Source: Paraphysomonas bandaiensis (taxonomy: Eukaryota; Protista; Chrysophyceae). From it: a stretch of 40,141 nt of DNA. Positions 36,161 through 40,141 of the stretch are shown in pieces. How positions within the stretch are numbered: the stretch's first letter is position 1; each line of letters begins with the position of its first letter. The stretch spans positions 1-40,141 of the forward strand of contig CBFFRP010000282.1 in the NCBI GenBank assembly GCA_965644295.1, written 5' to 3'. The notes under the pieces were generated by a model. The model searched no databases. It saw nothing but the letters and a program-made list of their open reading frames with translations, and was not told the DNA's origin. The position numbers were made by a program, and so were the translations under genes.

Positions 36161-36570
36161 CACATACACACATATACATATACTCTGTACAGTACACAGG
36201 TACGTGTATAGGGATACATACTCTATATAGACATAGTGGTACCAGAGTACGTACGTTCGTAGTATGCTATGCTACACCAACATACAGCAGTATGTGTGTA
36301 CTGCTGTATATCCTCAGATTTGTATTCCTCTAATTGTCCATAGGTACGTACGTATGTCTACGTATGTAGGTATGTATGATTCCTCTAACTCACTGTTACG
36401 TTTACACCGTGTTGAAGTTATTGCAAGTAGTATGCATGCATGACTGTATGCTCCAATCTAAGTTATCATATCTCAATATATATGAATAGGGAGTGAACAG
36501 TATAAACAGATCTCGTAGTAGAGAATATTGAAGTCTCAGTGCTGAGTTATTGATACAGATCGTGAAGATT

Positions 36571-38409
36571 ATGAGCAGCGATAGAACGAGAATTGCTCTG
36601 CACTGGTTTAGAAAGGGTCTGAGGTTAGATGACAACCCATCTCTACTTGAAGCATGTAGTCGTGCAGCAACTACGTATCCAATATTCATCTTGGACCCTC
36701 ACTTTGCTAATCCTGATGTGGTTGGAGTGAATCGTTATTGCTTTTTACTGCAAGCATTGGAAGATCTTGATAGGAGACTCAAATCTATGGGATCCAGGCT
36801 GTATGTGTTCAAGGGCAATCCTAATGTTATTATGCCTATGCTCTTTGATAAATGGAATGTAAACTTGCTCACTTTTGAGAAAGATACAGAGCCTTATGCT
36901 GTGCAACGAGACAGTGAAGTAGAATCCATGGCTAAGGCTGCGCACGTCGAGATTTCTTTTCATTCGTCACATACCCTGCATGACCTTGAACTCTATAAAT
37001 CCATGTCAAGAGGAAAAGTTAAGACCTCTTATGGTGCATTTACGAGTTTGTTTTATTCTTTGGGTCCTCCACGAAAAGCAGTAGATACTCCAACACAGGT
37101 TTTTGTTATGGTCTTTTCAATTGCGCGTTAATGTGGACTTAATATATCTACTTAGATTAATCAAGTTCCTCCTCAAGATGTCAGCGATTTGGAAGATGAT
37201 GGAGTACTGCTGCGGCAAGTGCCATCACTAGTTGATATGGGGTATCCTGATGTTTCAAAGGAACTGCTCTTCCCAGGTTAATGATTACTTCTTAGTATAT
37301 TGACGTACTTAATGATAACTGTGCAATGTATATCGCTGAGTAATTGATTTTGTATGGTCAGGGGGGGAGTCAGAAGGACTCAGGAGACTGAATCAAACGA
37401 TACGGGAAAGGCCCTTATGGGTCAGAAACTTTAAAAAGCCGGACACAACTCCGAATTCAGCTGGAACTCCATCCACAACGGTTCTTTCACCTTATATTAA
37501 ATTCGGGTGCGTTTCAGTATGCCGAATGTATGAGGCATTGAAAGATATATATTCTATGGGCAATCATACGCAGCCTCCTGTATCGCTAGAGGGGCAACTG
37601 TTGTGGCGAGAGTTTTTCTATTACTCGGCATACTGTACCCCGCATTTCGATCGAATGGAAGAAAATCCAAGGTGCAAACAGATTCCATGGGATCGAGACC
37701 AAGAACGGATCGATGCTTGGAAAAACGGACGAACAGGTTACCCTTATATAGATGCTATCATGACGCAGCTACGAGTGGAAGGATGGATTCATCATCTTGC
37801 CCGCCACTCGGTGGCTTGTTTTCTTACTCGTGGAGACCTTTGGCAACATTGGGAAGAGGGTGTAAGGGTATTTGACCTATATTTACTTGATTCTGACTGG
37901 GCTCTTAACAATGCTAACTGGCAGTGGCTGAGCTGTTCAAACTTCTTTTATCAATACTTTCGAGTGTATTCGCCGGTTACATTTGGAAAGAAAACAGACA
38001 AGAATGGTGATTATATTCGGAAGTGGATTCCACAGCTGAAGGATATGCCTGCGAAGTATATATATGAACCATGGAATGCTCCTATGAGTGTACAGAAAGC
38101 TTGTAACTGTATAGTGGGTCGAGACTATCCACAACGAATAGTGGAGCACGACAAGGCTAGAGTAGAGAACATGGAAATAATGAAAGCGGCATACGAGGAA
38201 AACAAGCAAATGGAGACCATCGATCAGAGACCTGAAGTGACGAGTAATCTAGGTGTGCCATATACACTGATGTTACTGTGCCTTGTTGAAATTGTATACA
38301 ATGTATTTATGTTTTTACAATAGGAGACACGAGTCTTTCAAAGCAGAAAAAGCGAACTTCCAACAATTCTGAATCCGGCGACAGTGTTAGGAAGAAGAAG
38401 AGAAACTAA
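36571..38409 (+). CDS. (6-4) photolyase / animal-like cryptochrome (CPF1-type); exons 36571-37098, 37156-37276, 37362-38252, 38324-38409
   Basis: HWFRKGLRLDDNP, FPGGESEG, TTVLSPYIKFGCVS, GQLLWREFFY, GRTGYPYIDAIMTQL, GWIHHLARHSVACFLTRGDLW (both catalytic His), DSDWALNNANWQWLS, YIYEPW; basic C-terminus KQKKR...RKKKRN (NLS-like). Confidence 0.95.
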
Positions 38410-38619
38410 ATTGCTGCTATCTATCTTTTATCTATAATCGTTGATATAGATTTTTGTAAATGTAGTATGCAATGAGTTAGAGTGTAATGTACAGTGGATT
38501 CAATGTAGATAATTAATTTTGCCTAGCTTCATTTGTTACATTGTCACGAAAATGATGTTGCAAGTACAACACAGAATTTAAATGTTGATTTTGAAACATG
38601 AAAATCGTATCACTTTTAG

Positions 38620-38782
38620 TATTAAAAGCTAAGCACTTATTGACTATATAATTTATATAATGCATATATAAATGCATTATTTACTATTAATATTGATATT
38701 ATCTTATTAATGGCCCATATTGGGGCTTTATTATCATTAATAGATTAGCTTTCAGTTTGCTTTATTGAAAATATGTATCATT
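38620..38782 (+). repeat. Upstream duplicate of the 163-bp promoter/5'UTR/start segment at 39513-39675
   Basis: Near-identical direct repeat 893 bp apart, ending ATGTATCATT in both copies. Confidence 0.9.
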
Positions 38783-39512
38783 CAGATACAAACCGCGAAG
38801 GAATTTATATAAATCGTTATTTAAAACGTTTGTAGATCAGTTTTTCTGCTTGAGCATACGTTGTTCTTAAGGAAAACTTCAGTAATATTACTGTGTTGGT
38901 AAGAACAGTATATTGTATATTTATTGTGTATTTTCACCACAGTCGTTCCACTGTGCACTACTATTCATCTAATGTATGAGATGATATAATGCTCTCAAAA
39001 GCACTAATGAGTGTTCTCATGACCATTTCATTCCCTTTGACCTTAAGAACTTGCATAGTGTTCCTTCATTTCACTTTATATCCATTCTATGATACGAGGA
39101 TATCTTCTCATAGGATTGACCTCATAGTGCTGTTGCAAGATATCATCACCATCAACATAAAAATTGGACATATTCTACACAATATCTTACTATTTTGACA
39201 CAAAAACTGCCGGTTTTATAGATATGTCAATATTGTCCCAATTGCACAATACCGTCTCGTATTCTACTGTATATTTCGGTATATCCAAAATTTCCTCAAT
39301 ATTTTGCAATATTTCTAGATTTCTACTAAATCAGGACATAAAATATCATACCCATATGGAAATGTATATGAGATACTACAGTCGAGGGTGGTAATTGGGC
39401 TGAGCTCCGGCTGAATGGTATATAAAAGCAGCAACTCATATACATCGCCTTATCTTTTTGTGTATGGTAGGGTCAACTCTTTAGCATATGCTCCTCATAT
39501 ACCACACTATGG

Positions 39513-39665
39513 TATTAAAAGCTCAGTACTTCATGACCATATAATTTATATAATGCATATATAAATGCATGATTTACTATTCATATTGATATTATCTTAT
39601 TAATGGCCCATATTGGGGCTTTATTATTATTAATAGATTAGATTTCAGTTTGCTTCATTGAAAAT
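39513..39665 (+). promoter_or_regulatory. Putative promoter/5'UTR of the secreted-protein gene
   Basis: Directly precedes ATG 39666 and contains TATATAAA. Function inferred from position only. Confidence 0.45.
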
Positions 39666-40141
39666 ATGTATCATTTCATCGGTATATTCATTCTAGTTAT
39701 CATCCAGCTCTATAATGCTCATGGAATACTACGTAAGTTATCTAACAATACACAACATATATCAGTATATGGTAATTATGTTTCATAGATAATCAAGAAA
39801 TGGATATCAATCATCAGCTTATGGACAGTTCAAGTAATATAGAAATACCTCCTACTCATCTAAATCTTGAGTGTACATCATCATGTATTACGCCTTTGAG
39901 CAATAAATCTAGTGCTCAAGAATTTTGTGATACTATTGTTGGTTTAGCGAATTGTACTTATGACGAAATTGTGTCGTATACTTGTGTCATTGATGAGTGT
40001 CTTGGTTTGTGTCCACGAGACGTCAAATGTTTCATTCAATCTGCAGCAGAAGTTATATGTCCCTACTTCGAGAAAAACTATTTTCCAACGACTCAACCCT
40101 CCAATCTACCAACGAATACACCCAGTGGTATTCCTAGTGGC
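39666..40141 (+). CDS. Secreted/surface Cys-rich protein entering P(S/T)xxP repeats; exons 39666-39732 and 39789->end; runs off the window
   Basis: MYHFIGIFILVIIQLYNAHG signal peptide; intron GTAAGT...CATAG; exon 2 open to the end with 9 Cys, then PTTQPSNLPTNTPSGIPSG. Not in the ORF track. Confidence 0.8.

Noticed and set aside
35236-36219. Long MYVC/HTYI ORFs (291-327 aa)
   Set aside because: Translations of the stop-free (TACA)n microsatellite.
38620-39675. TRIM or LTR retroelement
   Set aside because: No TG...CA ends, PBS, PPT or TSD seen, and the repeat includes a host start codon.

Overview
Eukaryotic genomic DNA with short (about 45-150 bp) GT-AG introns and AT-rich intergenic DNA full of CATA/TATA repeats. 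The gene set and style suggest a protist, probably a stramenopile (inference, not provable here). Host genes: an intronless bestrophin-like membrane protein (-), mannose-6-phosphate isomerase (+), a ~1744-aa LRR-Roc-COR (ROCO) GTPase fused to a C-terminal trypsin-like serine protease (+), an SRPBCC/START-fold protein (-), a small signal-peptide protein (+), a TEY-type MAP kinase (-), an N-terminal-motor kinesin (-), a (6-4) photolyase/animal-like cryptochrome (+), and the 5' end of a secreted Cys-rich, P-x-x-x-P-repeat protein (+). Mobile DNA: an intact intron-containing MULE transposon with an 8-bp TSD nested in the right end of a decayed, tentatively piggyBac-like element with non-canonical termini; an intact IS630/Tc1-like DD33E transposase without visible TIRs; a pogo-like remnant; several MITE/foldback families; a 105-bp higher-order minisatellite; and a pure (TACA)203 tract. 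The most interesting candidate system is the ROCO-protease fusion, a possible single-chain immune or cell-death sensor. Exon boundaries were inferred by eye from splice signals and reading-frame continuity.
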